NCBI GenBank assembly: GCA_963738405.1
Contig: CAVTWJ010000013.1
Coordinates: forward strand, 1-64,000
DNA length: 64,000 nucleotides
Origin: a candidate division FCPU426 bacterium
Lineage (GTDB): Bacteria > Oederibacteriota > Muellerivitia > Muellerivitales > Muellerivitaceae
Direction of reading: 5' to 3'
Shown here: positions 19,523 to 30,280 of the stretch, one piece after another
How the letters are laid out: every line of letters begins with the position of its first letter
Position numbering within the stretch: position 1 is the stretch's first letter
Translations under genes and position numbers: made by a program
The notes under the pieces: model-generated
Seen by the model: the letters and a program-made list of their open reading frames with translations, nothing else
Databases searched by the model: none
What the model was told of the DNA's origin: nothing

Positions 19523-19541
19523 TTGCGCCTCCCACCTCATT

Positions 19542-19925
19542 CTAGCTTGCCACCGAAAGAACTCTTTCAACCACTTCCTGCAGCAGCCCCGCGTGAAACG
19601 GCTTGCGGATGAATTCTTTGACGCCCTTTTGGGCCAGGGAATGCAGGACCGCCTGGTCCCCCTCGGAACTGACCACGATCACGGGAATGGCCGCCAGCAT
19701 GGTGTCTTTGGACATGACTTCGATCATCTCCACACCCGTCATGTCCGGCATATTCAAGTCGGCCATGACCAAATCGACCCAATGCTCTTTCATTTTGGCC
19801 AACCCTTCCTTGCCGTCCCCCGCCTCGAACAATTCCCCCAAGGGAAGCTTGGTGGATTCCAAGGTTCTACGGATAAAGCCCCGCATGGTGGCGGAATCGT
19901 CCACAATCAAAATACTGATAGCCAT
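19542..19925 (-). CDS. cheY: CheY-like response regulator
   Basis: ILIVDDS, ADLNMPDMTG and RKPF motifs; in the che cluster. Confidence 0.85.
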   Translation of the reverse strand: MAISILIVDDSATMRGFIRRTLESTKLPLGELFEAGDGKEGLAKMKEHWVDLVMADLNMPDMTGVEMIEVMSKDTMLAAIPVIVVSSEGDQAVLHSLAQKGVKEFIRKPFHAGLLQEVVERVLSVAS

Positions 19926-19939
19926 GACAGCCTCCTTTT

Positions 19940-21526
19940 TTAATGAACCACTGCCTTGTTGGGAAGCGTCGGAGCCGAGCCGGGTTTAACGGCCGGACCT
20001 TTGGCGCCCCCCTTTCTTAAAAAACGGGCCCATGAAAAGGGCCGGACTTCTTTTTTCTCCGAAGCTAACTTATCCTCCTTCGTTTCCTCAACCTCTCCAT
20101 CCACAATCGTCACCAGCTGTTTCACGATGGCCTTGAGCCCCGAGGCCTGGCGGGCCATGTCCTCGCTGGCGGTGGCGGTGTCTTTGGCGTTGAGATTGTT
20201 GTTTTGGGTCACTTCCTGGAGTTTTCCCATCTTGAAGCCGATTTCCGAGATGCCTTGGGTTTGCAGCTGGCTGGTGGTTTCAATCTCGTTGAGAAGGGTC
20301 GCCACCCGGTGGGTTTGGTCGATCATTTCCCGCAAAGCGGCGCCGAGCGTTTCGGTGACATCCATGCCCGAGGAGGCGCGGCGGGCGTTGTCCTCGATCA
20401 TTTGGGAAGTTTCCTTGGCGGCCAAGGCGCAGCGCTGGGCGAGGCTGCGGACTTCCTCCGCCACGACCGCGAAACCTTTGCCGTGCTCGCCCGCCCGGGC
20501 CGCCTCCACCGATGCGTTCAACGAGAGAATGTTGGTTTGGAGGGCGATTTCCTCGATGGATTTCACGATTCGGGATATTTTTTCAGCGCTTTCGTTGACT
20601 GTTTTCATGGCGTTCAAGGTGTTATCCATCGACTGGTTGGACTTGATCATGGTGGCCTGGGTTTGGTCCATCAGCCGGCTTGCCCGGGTGGCCCCATCCG
20701 CGTTTTTCCCGGTCATGGCGGCCATGGAGGTCAAGGACTCGCTGGTTTGTTGGAGGTTCAGGGCGGATTCGGCGACGCCTTTGGCCTGTTGGACGCTCGC
20801 GCCGGAAACTTTCTCGGAGACGTTGGAAACCTGATCCGCGCTTTGCACCAGTTGTTCGGCAATGCTCTTAAACTTACCGCTCACTCCAATGGCCACGATT
20901 AAAATAATGCCTATTCCGAGCCCCAGGCTGATGATTCCCAGAAGAATCATGAATAAAAAGGAAGCGTTATAACTTTTTTGGGCGTCGTCGATGAGTTTTT
21001 GAGAGTTTTTCCATTTCAAATCCACTAACTTGTCCATCTGCTCAACGATGGGGTCAATCACGGGGTAAAGGTTGGAAGTGGCCAATATTTCCAATGACTT
21101 CACATCTTTTTGCTCAAAAGCTTCCCGAAGCTGCATGAAAAAATAATTGTTGTTGTGAAGGGTGGCCTTGACGACCAGCAGGACCGTTTTTTCCTCTTTG
21201 CTCGCGTCTTTATTGTTTTCGGCGTCCGCCGCATAGGAGGTCCAGTTCGCGTCGATGGTTTTGAGCGAATCCTCCAATAATTGCCGGCCATCCTCCCAAC
21301 TTCCTCCCGCGCGGGTTTTTTGGACCGCTCCCGCGACCCCCACGACATAGGCGTCGGAAATCTTTTTCAATTTGTTGAGGGGAGCGCTCGTGCTGTAAAG
21401 CTCCTGCAAATTATCCGACATTTTTTTGGAAACCTGCAGGCCCACGATGGCCTCCGCGACGAGAGCCGCGGCCAAAATGGCTACGCTCAGGAAGAGTCTG
21501 TTTTGAAGGCTTAGTTTTTTAAACAT
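19940..21526 (-). CDS. Methyl-accepting chemotaxis protein with four-helix-bundle sensor
   Basis: Two TM helices; [37 protein letters not shown] hairpin; likely start MFKKLSL. Confidence 0.95.
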   Translation of the reverse strand: MFKKLSLQNRLFLSVAILAAALVAEAIVGLQVSKKMSDNLQELYSTSAPLNKLKKISDAYVVGVAGAVQKTRAGGSWEDGRQLLEDSLKTIDANWTSYAADAENNKDASKEEKTVLLVVKATLHNNNYFFMQLREAFEQKDVKSLEILATSNLYPVIDPIVEQMDKLVDLKWKNSQKLIDDAQKSYNASFLFMILLGIISLGLGIGIILIVAIGVSGKFKSIAEQLVQSADQVSNVSEKVSGASVQQAKGVAESALNLQQTSESLTSMAAMTGKNADGATRASRLMDQTQATMIKSNQSMDNTLNAMKTVNESAEKISRIVKSIEEIALQTNILSLNASVEAARAGEHGKGFAVVAEEVRSLAQRCALAAKETSQMIEDNARRASSGMDVTETLGAALREMIDQTHRVATLLNEIETTSQLQTQGISEIGFKMGKLQEVTQNNNLNAKDTATASEDMARQASGLKAIVKQLVTIVDGEVEETKEDKLASEKKEVRPFSWARFLRKGGAKGPAVKPGSAPTLPNKAVVH

Positions 21527-21555
21527 AACGGCTCCTTTGAATGGGTAACTGGTAC

Positions 21556-22053
21556 TTAAACGGAGACAACATGCGAAACCTCCGGCGATTTTCCCCTCGC
21601 CTGACTCGCGATCAGCTTGTCGATCTGGATCAACAAAAGACTTTCGCCTGACGGATAGGTCCATCCGCCGGAAAGAAAGGGAATGTAATCCCCGGTGGCA
21701 ATCGCGGCGGGGGGCTTTATTTCTTCCGGCGAAATTTTGGCGAATCCCGAAACCTCGTGGACATAAAAACCCGCGCGAATCGGTTTTGGGTCCAACAAGT
21801 TCACGACGATGAAACCGCCCGCTTGTTGGGCATCCGGCCGGGGGAACCCTAAGAGGCCCGCCAGGTCCACCACAGGCACGATTTTTCCGTGCACTTGCGC
21901 CACCCCGATCAAAAAGTCCGCGGACTTCGGCACGTCGGTCATGACCGTCCGGTTGGCGACTTCCCAAAGAAAACGGGCCTCAAAACCGAAGGACCGCCCA
22001 TTGAGTTTAAAGACCAGGAAAGTATTGGGCAGGACCGCTTCTTCCGTTTTCAT
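21556..22053 (-). CDS. cheW: CheW
   Basis: [17 protein letters not shown] and GKIVPVVDL motifs. Confidence 0.9.
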   Translation of the reverse strand: MKTEEAVLPNTFLVFKLNGRSFGFEARFLWEVANRTVMTDVPKSADFLIGVAQVHGKIVPVVDLAGLLGFPRPDAQQAGGFIVVNLLDPKPIRAGFYVHEVSGFAKISPEEIKPPAAIATGDYIPFLSGGWTYPSGESLLLIQIDKLIASQARGKSPEVSHVVSV

Positions 22054-24068
22054 GAAACCCTCCCGCTGGGAAGGGTGAATTCCCGAAGCAGGGCCTGGAT
22101 ATCCAGGACCAAACAAACCCGCCCGTCCCCTAAAAGGGCGCCCCCATTGACCCCGGGAAGGTCCTCTAAAAGCCCGTCGAGGCCCTTCAAAACCACTTCC
22201 CGTTTGCCGATGATTTCATCGACCGTCAGTAAGATTTGTCGGTCGCCCTCGCCTAAACGGATACTGACGCTCTGGCGGTTGGCCTCCGGACTCCCGCCAA
22301 ACCATTCGGTGAGATCCACCTTTTTGGGAACCCACTCTTCCGGGGCGGAGGCATCATCCCCAGGTTCCCTTTTTTCCCCGACCGTTGGAAATTCGTTTTG
22401 AAATCGGTTGATCTGGTTGATGGGAACCAGGTATAGGCCCCTACCCGCCCTCACCAGCACCCCTTCCATGATGGCCAGGGTTAATGGGACCCGGAGGGTG
22501 AAGAGGCACCCCTTGCCAGGTTCGCTCGCCACCTGGACCGTTCCTTTCAAGGTTTGCAGGCGCCCGCGGACCACATTCAGGCCGATCCCCCTGCCGGAAA
22601 CATCGGTGGCTTCCTCTTGGGTTGAAAAACCGGGGCGGAAAATGAATTCATGCAATCGGGTTTCTTCCAGCCGTTCGTTTTCCATCAACCAGCCCAATTT
22701 CTTCGCCTTTTTTTCGATTTTGGAAAGGTCCAAACCCCTGCCGTCATCCTCCAGGGTCAGGATGAAATAGCCTCCCTGGTGGGAGGCCCTTACCTTCAGG
22801 TTTCCATAGGGACTTTTTCCCGCTTGCGCCCTTTCGGAAGGCGTTTCCAATCCGTGATCCACGGCGTTGCGCACCAGGTGCAGGATGGCCTCCCATAATT
22901 CATCCACGAGGCGCTTGTCCAGTTCGGTGGATCCGCCTTCCAGGTGAAGCTGAAGGGGTTTCCCGGTTTTTTTGGAGATGTCCCGCGCCACCCGGCCGAT
23001 CCTCATGAAAAGGGGCTGGACCGGAACCATTCGCAGGGACAAAACCTGGTCTTGAAGGCTGCGCGCGGCTTTACCCAGGCCCTGGAGTATCTCGGAAGCT
23101 GTTTCATCGAATCCAAGCTCCTGGGCGGTTAACCGCAGTTTGTTGTGGTAAACCGACCATTCCTCAAGCGTTTCCATGAGTCCATCCATTTTCTCAACAC
23201 CCACCCGAATGAACTGGTCTTGTTCCTCGGGGGCCGCATCCACGGGTTTTTCTGTATTCTCGAAGGTGGGGGATTCGGCGGCTGGGGGGAGCGTCTGGGA
23301 GGTTCCTTCAAATAGGTCTTGAACGGGAAAGATTTCGATGACGCCCTTCGGCAGACCCTCCTGGATTTTGCGGACCTGCTCGCGGAAAAGGTCGACTACC
23401 TTTAGCAGGATTCCCGCCTGTTCGCCGTTTAACTTTCCCTGGTTATTTTTTTTGAAGGGCTCCAACAGGTTTTCGGCCAAATGGGCCAGGTCGGACATCT
23501 TTTGGAACCCCAGGTATCCAAATAGGCTCTTGAGGGTATGAAAAGACCGATAGACCGAGAGGGGGTCCCAGTTGCCCGATTGTTCCATATGGAGGAGGCC
23601 GTTTTCTACGGCGTTAAAATAGGGCGGCGCTTCCTGGAGGAAATCCGTAAATCCGGGAAGGTCCGCTTCCTTGACGGACAGGGTTTGCGCCATGACGGTC
23701 GCCGCGCCCTCGGGTTTGGTTTCGACATCGAAAAAAAGGACATCCGAGCCGGGCTTTTGAGCCTCCGGTTTCTTTTCTTCCTCCTGTTTTAATAAATAAC
23801 CGGCGTCCAGGAGGGCTTTCAAAAGACGCTCGAGGCCCTGGTGGGACGGCCTTCCGCTCCGAAGCCCCTTCACGATTTGGTTGGATTGGAGGACCAGGGA
23901 CGCCATCCAGGGGCCGTATTCCTTCTTGGCCCGGGAAGTCCACTGGTCGAAAAGATCGGCGAGTTCCAGCACTTCTTCCATTTTTTGCGGATCGGTTTTG
24001 AGGGCTAAATCGGAAATACGGGACAAATTTTCCTCGAGTTTTACCAGTTCGGGGCGTTTGTCGGTCAT
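22050..24068 (-). CDS. cheA: CheA histidine kinase
   Basis: Hpt YRSFHTLKS; HLVRNAVDHGLE, DDGRG, FRPGFST and SGRGIGL; C-terminal CheW-like domain. Confidence 0.95.
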   Translation of the reverse strand: MTDKRPELVKLEENLSRISDLALKTDPQKMEEVLELADLFDQWTSRAKKEYGPWMASLVLQSNQIVKGLRSGRPSHQGLERLLKALLDAGYLLKQEEEKKPEAQKPGSDVLFFDVETKPEGAATVMAQTLSVKEADLPGFTDFLQEAPPYFNAVENGLLHMEQSGNWDPLSVYRSFHTLKSLFGYLGFQKMSDLAHLAENLLEPFKKNNQGKLNGEQAGILLKVVDLFREQVRKIQEGLPKGVIEIFPVQDLFEGTSQTLPPAAESPTFENTEKPVDAAPEEQDQFIRVGVEKMDGLMETLEEWSVYHNKLRLTAQELGFDETASEILQGLGKAARSLQDQVLSLRMVPVQPLFMRIGRVARDISKKTGKPLQLHLEGGSTELDKRLVDELWEAILHLVRNAVDHGLETPSERAQAGKSPYGNLKVRASHQGGYFILTLEDDGRGLDLSKIEKKAKKLGWLMENERLEETRLHEFIFRPGFSTQEEATDVSGRGIGLNVVRGRLQTLKGTVQVASEPGKGCLFTLRVPLTLAIMEGVLVRAGRGLYLVPINQINRFQNEFPTVGEKREPGDDASAPEEWVPKKVDLTEWFGGSPEANRQSVSIRLGEGDRQILLTVDEIIGKREVVLKGLDGLLEDLPGVNGGALLGDGRVCLVLDIQALLREFTLPSGRVS

Positions 24069-24072
24069 CGGG

Positions 24073-24579
24073 TCAACCTAAGCTTTCGATTTTGGACGAA
24101 ATGGGGTCGATCCAAAGCTGGACGTCTACGGGGATGGATTGAATGGCGATGGTCATTTTCGCTTCCGGATCGCGGGAGGGCCATTCCACGCGGGAAATAG
24201 GGAAGGGAAGAAAGTGCCGGAAGGCTACGGTTTCAGAGGTCCGGATTTTATTCATGATGTGCCCGCAGAACATGTTGGTAAATTCATTGAAGGCGTCCAG
24301 GCCGCCGGAAGGACGGTCGTCCCGAAGTGAGCGGGCCAATAGATCCCCTAAGTCTTGAGAACTTTGGATAATGATGAGCCCTTGATATTTGCCCGAAAGT
24401 TTCACCGCGCGGATCAAATCGAATTCATTTTTTTGACCGGGATCTAGCTGATAGGAATGGATATAAATGTTCGGCCAAAACCAGAGGATTTTTTCCAGGG
24501 CGTCATAAAGATCGGCTTTTTCAGGAACCCTAATATCGTTTTTAATGGGTTTGGGATTTCCAAAAGTATTACCTGTCAT
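24073..24579 (-). CDS. CheX-like phosphatase
   Basis: DAFNEFTNMFCGH (E-x-x-N); first gene of the che operon; RBS GGAGCAGGA. Confidence 0.65.
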   Translation of the reverse strand: MTGNTFGNPKPIKNDIRVPEKADLYDALEKILWFWPNIYIHSYQLDPGQKNEFDLIRAVKLSGKYQGLIIIQSSQDLGDLLARSLRDDRPSGGLDAFNEFTNMFCGHIMNKIRTSETVAFRHFLPFPISRVEWPSRDPEAKMTIAIQSIPVDVQLWIDPISSKIESLG

Positions 24580-24841
24580 TTCCTGCTCCCAAAAGAGGTT
24601 GATCCGACGAGGCGAAGCAGGGCAATTTAAGCAGAAAAGGGGTGGGAATTGAGTAGGCGCAAAGAAACTACTATGTAAATTAGTTTGAAAATTACAGATG
24701 TACGAAATATTCCAAAAATAAAAGTTCACACCGCCGGATAAATTACAACCATTTAACAGGTGGAAACTTTCCACAAAAAAACTCAGCGGTACTATGTAAA
24801 AAATTGAAGCGTTATTTTTTTCCATCCGCAAGGAGAACGCC

Positions 24842-25318
24842 ATGAAAAACGATATTCAGATTAAACCCAGCACACCCCCGAGTGAAAAATTATTAAAAGA
24901 AGTTTTTTCTCAGGTGATGGAAGATTGGGCCAAGCTCATACCCCGGGAAGCCGAACAGCTCCAAAAAACCCCTTCCGGCGCGGCCATTGAACGAAAAGTC
25001 ATTTTGTCGGGCCAGGGAGTTTTTCATCTGGTGGTAAGGGTTCCGGGAGTTTTCGGCTTGATCATGGGACGTTTGTTTGATCCCGGGAACGAGGCGGTCA
25101 ACCCCGAGGATGCTTTCAGCGAGGTCGTCAGTATGTACTGCGGACATTTAAAAGACGCGTTGTGGGGCGCTGAGGCGCCCTATACCCCATACCTTCCTGC
25201 CGCGAGTACCTCCAGCGACTGGCCCAGCCCCAAACCCGATATTTCCTGTTTTTTGAGGATTGGCGCCTATCCCGTGGAAATCATGTTATGGGATCTTTCG
25301 GCTCAAGACAAAAAGTAA
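24842..25318 (+). CDS. CheX-like paralogue, divergently transcribed
   Basis: DAFSEVVSMYCGH...WP...P aligns with the 24073-24579 protein; RBS AAGGAG. Confidence 0.6.
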   Translation: MKNDIQIKPSTPPSEKLLKEVFSQVMEDWAKLIPREAEQLQKTPSGAAIERKVILSGQGVFHLVVRVPGVFGLIMGRLFDPGNEAVNPEDAFSEVVSMYCGHLKDALWGAEAPYTPYLPAASTSSDWPSPKPDISCFLRIGAYPVEIMLWDLSAQDKK

Positions 25319-25377
25319 GAAAATTCAACCGGCGAGAGCACCCACTGCCTTGCAGTGGGTGCCGCTAAACCATGCCC

Positions 25378-26676
25378 CTAGTTGTTTTGAGAGGCCTGAT
25401 CCGCATCGTTCGCTCCGGGCCCATAGGCATTACCGTAACTATCGAACATGTCGTAGGACCCGTCGTTCAGACTCAAGATAATCTCAAGCGGCCTGCCATT
25501 ACTGATGTCCGAAAATTGAACGCTTTTAACGCCCGAGGCCAGGTAAACGGGGTCGAAATTCGGCGGATTGGCGGTGTCGTAAAGAAAGGCGTCCTGGCTG
25601 TCGGTGAGCATTTTTACCATGCGGGTACCATCGGGACTGGTGAAATCGCGTTCGGTGATATCCACAGGGGCGGTCACAACCACCTGGTCTTCCGCGGAAT
25701 TGCAGGGCACGTAAGCGGTGTTGTTGTAGCAGTAGAGGTCGCCCACGTGGAAAGGGTCCTGCCACCACCAGAAACCGGCGTTCCAGAAGCACCAGCGGTC
25801 GAAGTCCGTGTCGTACCACCACCAGCGTGAGGCGTAATAGCGGGTCCAAAAGTATTGGTCGCCCACGTACCATCCCCACCAATGGTAACCTGAGCCGTCG
25901 ATGTAATGGCAATAGTTGAAGCCGGCGTCCTGGTGCCAGTAGTAATGGTTGCGTTCACGCTCCATATCGTTATAGCCCGCGATTCGGGAACCCCATTCGG
26001 GCCTGTCCAACACCCTCATTTGTCCCCGCACTACGGGATCGTTAAATCGGCGGGGGGATAGGGCGGCCCCGCGCACGGCGCCGTGATCCGGACCGATGTG
26101 AGGATAGGCGATCACCGAATGGACGCGGTCGGTATGGATCATTTCAGCCCGGTTGGTAATCAGATTGGGTTCGGCTGTTACCCCAATTTTTTGCAGTTTT
26201 TTGCGCACGTAACCTTCCTGGTAGGGATGGTGGTGGACCGCGACCGCGGCTTGAACCCCGGGCGCCCTGTAACTGCTCACGTTGGGCCTGGTAAATGAGG
26301 CCTGGTGATTGGCCGGGGTCCAATTTTGAACCTGGGGCTGGGGTTTATTTTGAACTGTGGTGTTCCAATGAAGCTGGCCGTAGGAAGGTTGGAAATGAGC
26401 CTGGGGAGCCGCTTGTTGGGATTGAGCTTTTGGAGCGGAATAAGAAGGCTCTTGGGCGGGGAAATGGCGATCATGCCCTCCGCTGGTGCCGTGGTTCATA
26501 TTGATGACCACCGGTTGGCGGCTTTGTGGAACAACCGCCCGGGAAGGGTTTGCCGATTTAGCAGGGGCCGATCTGTCCCTACTCTTTTCATGTCCATCCC
26601 GCTGGTCGTTATCGGCCATAAGGGTCAGAGGCAAAAGAATCAAAAGCGATGCGAGAAACAGAATCGTTCGTTTCAT
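25378..26676 (-). CDS. Secreted hypothetical protein with disordered N-terminus and Trp/Tyr-rich core
   Basis: Signal peptide; HYYWH...HWWGWY...RWWWY...GFWWWQDP region. Confidence 0.75.
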   Translation of the reverse strand: MKRTILFLASLLILLPLTLMADNDQRDGHEKSRDRSAPAKSANPSRAVVPQSRQPVVINMNHGTSGGHDRHFPAQEPSYSAPKAQSQQAAPQAHFQPSYGQLHWNTTVQNKPQPQVQNWTPANHQASFTRPNVSSYRAPGVQAAVAVHHHPYQEGYVRKKLQKIGVTAEPNLITNRAEMIHTDRVHSVIAYPHIGPDHGAVRGAALSPRRFNDPVVRGQMRVLDRPEWGSRIAGYNDMERERNHYYWHQDAGFNYCHYIDGSGYHWWGWYVGDQYFWTRYYASRWWWYDTDFDRWCFWNAGFWWWQDPFHVGDLYCYNNTAYVPCNSAEDQVVVTAPVDITERDFTSPDGTRMVKMLTDSQDAFLYDTANPPNFDPVYLASGVKSVQFSDISNGRPLEIILSLNDGSYDMFDSYGNAYGPGANDADQASQNN

Positions 26677-26933
26677 CGGGGTCTCCTGAAATAGAATCAG
26701 CCAACCTCTAAAAGTATTGACGATTCTGTGGGAATTTCAACCTGCCATTTATGGCTGAAAACATGCCGTTTTTTGAGTTGTTAACGCCATGACGTTTGGG
26801 ATTTGTTTTTTGAGGGCGATCGCCCGGACGGTTTTGGGTTGAGGTCTGATTGTGGCAGGGAGGCCTTGAAATAATACTTAAATACCCTCATGTTGGTTCT
26901 TCGGTTGTTTCATCCATAAGCACGGAGTATTCC

Positions 26934-28001
26934 ATGCCCCACCTGTTTGAACCCTTGAAACTTCGAGATTTGATCCTCAAGAACCGAATCGCCGTTTCCC
27001 CTATGTGCGAATATTCAAGTCTGGATGGATTCGCTAACGATTGGCATTTGGTCCATTTGGGGTCCAGGGCTGTCGGCGGGGCGGGTCTTATTTTTACAGA
27101 GGCCACGGCGGTAGAGCCGGAAGGGCGCATCAGCCCGGACGATTTAGGATTTTGGAAAGACGACCATATTGAGATGCTGGCTAGAATCGCGGCTTTCGTG
27201 AAGTCCCAGGGTTCGGTTTTGGGAATGCAATTGGCTCACGCCGGACGCAAGGCTTCCACCTTCGCGCCATGGAAGGGAACGGGATATATCCAAAAAAATG
27301 ACGGCGGTTGGACGCCCTTGGCGCCCAGCGCCCTCCCCTTTGACGATAAGGCGGTCGTGCCACACGAACTAGATGTAAAGGAAATCGCCCGGATCGTGGA
27401 CCAATTCCGCCTCGCGGCCCAGAGGGCCCTCGTGGCGGGACTTGAAGTTTTGGAAATCCATGCCGCCCATGGGTATTTGATCCATGAATTCTTGTCGCCT
27501 ATCAGCAACCGACGGATCGACGGTTACGGCGGGCCTTTCGAGAACCGTATTCGTTTTCTCAAAGAGGTTGTTTTGGCTATCCGGAAAGTCTGGCCCGAGT
27601 CCAAACCGCTTTTCATCCGTTTGTCCGTGACCGATTGGGTGGAGCCGGAAGGCTGGACCCGGGATCAATCGGTGGAACTGGCCAAGGGCCTTTCCCAACT
27701 GGGGGTGGATCTGGTGGATTGCTCCTCGGGAGGCCTGATCCCCGGTGTCAAGATACCCGTGGGGCCCGGCTATCAGACGCCCCTGGCCGAGCGATTGAAG
27801 AAAGAGGGTGGAATCGCCACAGGGGCAGTCGGGTTCATTACTTCCGCCGCACAGGCGGACCATATTTTACGCACGGGCCAGGCTGATCTTATCTTCCTCG
27901 CCCGTGAATTCTTACGTGATCCCTATTTTTCCCTTCATGCGGCAAGGGAACTGGGCCATGACACAGCCTGGCCCAGGCAATACGAGAGGGCCAAGAAGTA
28001 A
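26934..28001 (+). CDS. NADH:flavin oxidoreductase (old yellow enzyme, YqjM/NamA-like)
   Basis: NRIAVSPMCEYS, QLAHAGRKAS, EIHAAHGYLIHEFLSP and AREFLRDPY motifs. Confidence 0.95.
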   Translation: MPHLFEPLKLRDLILKNRIAVSPMCEYSSLDGFANDWHLVHLGSRAVGGAGLIFTEATAVEPEGRISPDDLGFWKDDHIEMLARIAAFVKSQGSVLGMQLAHAGRKASTFAPWKGTGYIQKNDGGWTPLAPSALPFDDKAVVPHELDVKEIARIVDQFRLAAQRALVAGLEVLEIHAAHGYLIHEFLSPISNRRIDGYGGPFENRIRFLKEVVLAIRKVWPESKPLFIRLSVTDWVEPEGWTRDQSVELAKGLSQLGVDLVDCSSGGLIPGVKIPVGPGYQTPLAERLKKEGGIATGAVGFITSAAQADHILRTGQADLIFLAREFLRDPYFSLHAARELGHDTAWPRQYERAKK

Positions 28002-28081
28002 GGTTCCCCTTTGAAAAAAGATTTTCGGAAGTTTCTCTGCAATAATAAACCCGCGAACCATTCTTATTCCCGGGATAGGTA

Positions 28082-30172
28082 TTGAAACCCATTCAAACAA
28101 ATAGCCTTTCTTCGTCTTGGGCCCTCTTGGGCGTTTTTCTCCTGATGAACGGCCTTCTCTCTTATGTGCCTTTGCCTCTTGGCTCCCGATTGATCCTGAT
28201 GGCCCTTCTGGGGCTTTTGTTTTTTATGGGTTTGCGCCTCGATCGGCCCCAACAACCCTCCCCCAACAATTTTCATCCTCCCCTCTGGGTTTGGATCACT
28301 TTCGGTTTTTTAGCGCTGATTTTAAGATTCGGGATGCTCACCCGTTTCGAGGGATGGCCCGGAGGGGATGATTCCCTGCAGGGACTATTCGCGATTGATT
28401 TGAACCGCCATTGGACTTGGAGAATGTTTTACACCACGGGTCAGCATCCGCCCCTCTGGATATGGTTTCTCAGCCTCTTTTTTCGTCTCTCCCCCAACTC
28501 GGCCTTTAACCTTTGGTTCCCCCCCGCCTTGGTTTCCCTTCTTTTTGTTCTGATCTCGACCCTTGCGGTTGGGCGACTTTTCGACAGGGGAACCGCCCTC
28601 TTCTTTTTTTGCGCGGTTTCTTTTGGCTTTTGGCCTCTCTATTTCGGAAGGTTTTGCGTTCAGGCTGATTTTGTGCCGCTTTTCGAGGCTCTCACTTTCT
28701 TATGTCTGGCCGGCTTGTGGACGGCCCAAGTTGGAGCCGTCCAATGGGGATGGGCGATAGGATTAGGCCTTTGCGTCGGGTTGGGAACCTACAGTTACAC
28801 CGGATTTATTTCGGTGCTGTTAGGAGTGAGTTTAGGCCTGCTGATTTGGGCTTGGGGGAAAAAGGAAAGGGGACTGCCGATCATTTTGTATTTTACGGTC
28901 CTTTTGATTTTTCTGTTTCCCCTGGTTGACGCGGTGTTGATCGAGCATGTGGGAGGTTATATTTGGGGCGTTAGCCCTCTGGGCGGTCTTTATCATTGGA
29001 AAGATCAATTTTTTAACGCCGCTTCCTATATTACGGCTCTTTTTTGGGGACCCCTGGGAGGTTCAGCGGATTACGGCCCGGTTTGGGGAGGTTTCTTGAA
29101 CCCGGTGGAATCGGCGTTTTTTCTATTAGGCTTAGGGGTTATTCGAGAGTGGAAAGGGTCCTCGACAAAGTGGCTATTAGCCGGAGCCTTTTTTTTATTT
29201 CTCCTGCCCGGCTTATTGACAGCCGACATTGTGGAGATGCTGAGAGTTATTCCCCTGATGCCCCTGCTTTATCTTGTTTCCGCGGTTGGCTTTTTTGATC
29301 TGTGGAAGGAAGCGGTGAACCTCGGCCGCAAGGCTTTCCTCGTTTTTTTAATGATTCTATCCGTCGGCATGAATCTCTATCACTTGGCGAAGGTCCGGTC
29401 TGCGGATGGACCCCTCACGCAAAAGTTTTCCTACCAGGAAAGGGTCAACGAGGGTTATTGGGCCTACCGCCATCTCTTGGAGGCCGCCCAAACCCAGGGC
29501 CCAGGGTTGGTTTTTTCCGATTTTCTACCCTTGGCCCGTGACCATGCACTTCATGTGATGAGTTACCCCTTCAACGCTCTCTTGAATCCGAGTCTGGTTT
29601 CTTCCCAAGCTAAATGGGCGGGGCTTCTCACCAATGTTCATTACGGGGCCTTTTTGAAAAAAAGATTTCCCGATTCCCAATGGTTTTATGTCACTCCGCC
29701 CAAGGATCCGGTGGGGGGGACCGATGACGGTGGATCGGTGGTCGGCATCATCCCCATCACTCCTGAAAACCGGAATACATTCAATCGATGGAGCAAAGCG
29801 CACGACTATTTCAATGAATTGAGTGTGGAAGCCGAAAACGCCATGAATAATCGTGAGCTTTATGCCCAACAAGTCGCGAAACTCCCCGGCGGTTATCCCC
29901 TGATGGAAGGGGACTCCTTTTTGGAATCGGTTTATGGGGAGTGGGTGGCCCAATACCATTTGGGGATCAATCTGGATTTGAATATTTCAGCCTTGGAAAG
30001 GGCCCTTCAAAAGGGCTACCCATCCGCGAACCTCTATTTCAAGCTGGGGAATTTTCTGGCCGCCCAAAATAGGATTCCGGAAGCCGAAAAGGCATTTGCC
30101 GGGGCGGCGGCCTGTCCTATTAATCACACCCAGGCGGCCCACTATTTGCAAACCCTTGAGGGCAGGGAATAA
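28082..30172 (+). CDS. GT-C fold (PMT/GT39-like) membrane glycosyltransferase with C-terminal TPR
   Basis: Many TM helices; ILRF...GDD acidic loop and HPPL motif; terminal TPR (YFKLGNFL...EAEKAF). Confidence 0.7.
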   Translation: MKPIQTNSLSSSWALLGVFLLMNGLLSYVPLPLGSRLILMALLGLLFFMGLRLDRPQQPSPNNFHPPLWVWITFGFLALILRFGMLTRFEGWPGGDDSLQGLFAIDLNRHWTWRMFYTTGQHPPLWIWFLSLFFRLSPNSAFNLWFPPALVSLLFVLISTLAVGRLFDRGTALFFFCAVSFGFWPLYFGRFCVQADFVPLFEALTFLCLAGLWTAQVGAVQWGWAIGLGLCVGLGTYSYTGFISVLLGVSLGLLIWAWGKKERGLPIILYFTVLLIFLFPLVDAVLIEHVGGYIWGVSPLGGLYHWKDQFFNAASYITALFWGPLGGSADYGPVWGGFLNPVESAFFLLGLGVIREWKGSSTKWLLAGAFFLFLLPGLLTADIVEMLRVIPLMPLLYLVSAVGFFDLWKEAVNLGRKAFLVFLMILSVGMNLYHLAKVRSADGPLTQKFSYQERVNEGYWAYRHLLEAAQTQGPGLVFSDFLPLARDHALHVMSYPFNALLNPSLVSSQAKWAGLLTNVHYGAFLKKRFPDSQWFYVTPPKDPVGGTDDGGSVVGIIPITPENRNTFNRWSKAHDYFNELSVEAENAMNNRELYAQQVAKLPGGYPLMEGDSFLESVYGEWVAQYHLGINLDLNISALERALQKGYPSANLYFKLGNFLAAQNRIPEAEKAFAGAAACPINHTQAAHYLQTLEGRE

Positions 30173-30280
30173 ACCTTGGGACAAAATGATGGGGACATCG
30201 GGGCTTTTCCAGGAGGGGTTGGGAGGGTATAGTTTTGCGCGCGGAATGAACCGTTTGAAAAATCCGAAAGGCGTTCTTTC

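Noticed and set aside
19956..20902. Long plus-strand ORFs opposite the MCP (similar cases at 49426-50364 and 58299-59576)
   Set aside because: Antisense or alternative-frame ORFs over well-supported genes in GC-rich DNA
21527..21967. N-terminal extension of the MCP ORF
   Set aside because: Overlaps cheW; RBS AAAGGAG precedes ATG at 21526
24580..24843. N-terminal extension of ORF 24073-24843
   Set aside because: AT-rich divergent promoter region; a better RBS and ATG lie at 24579
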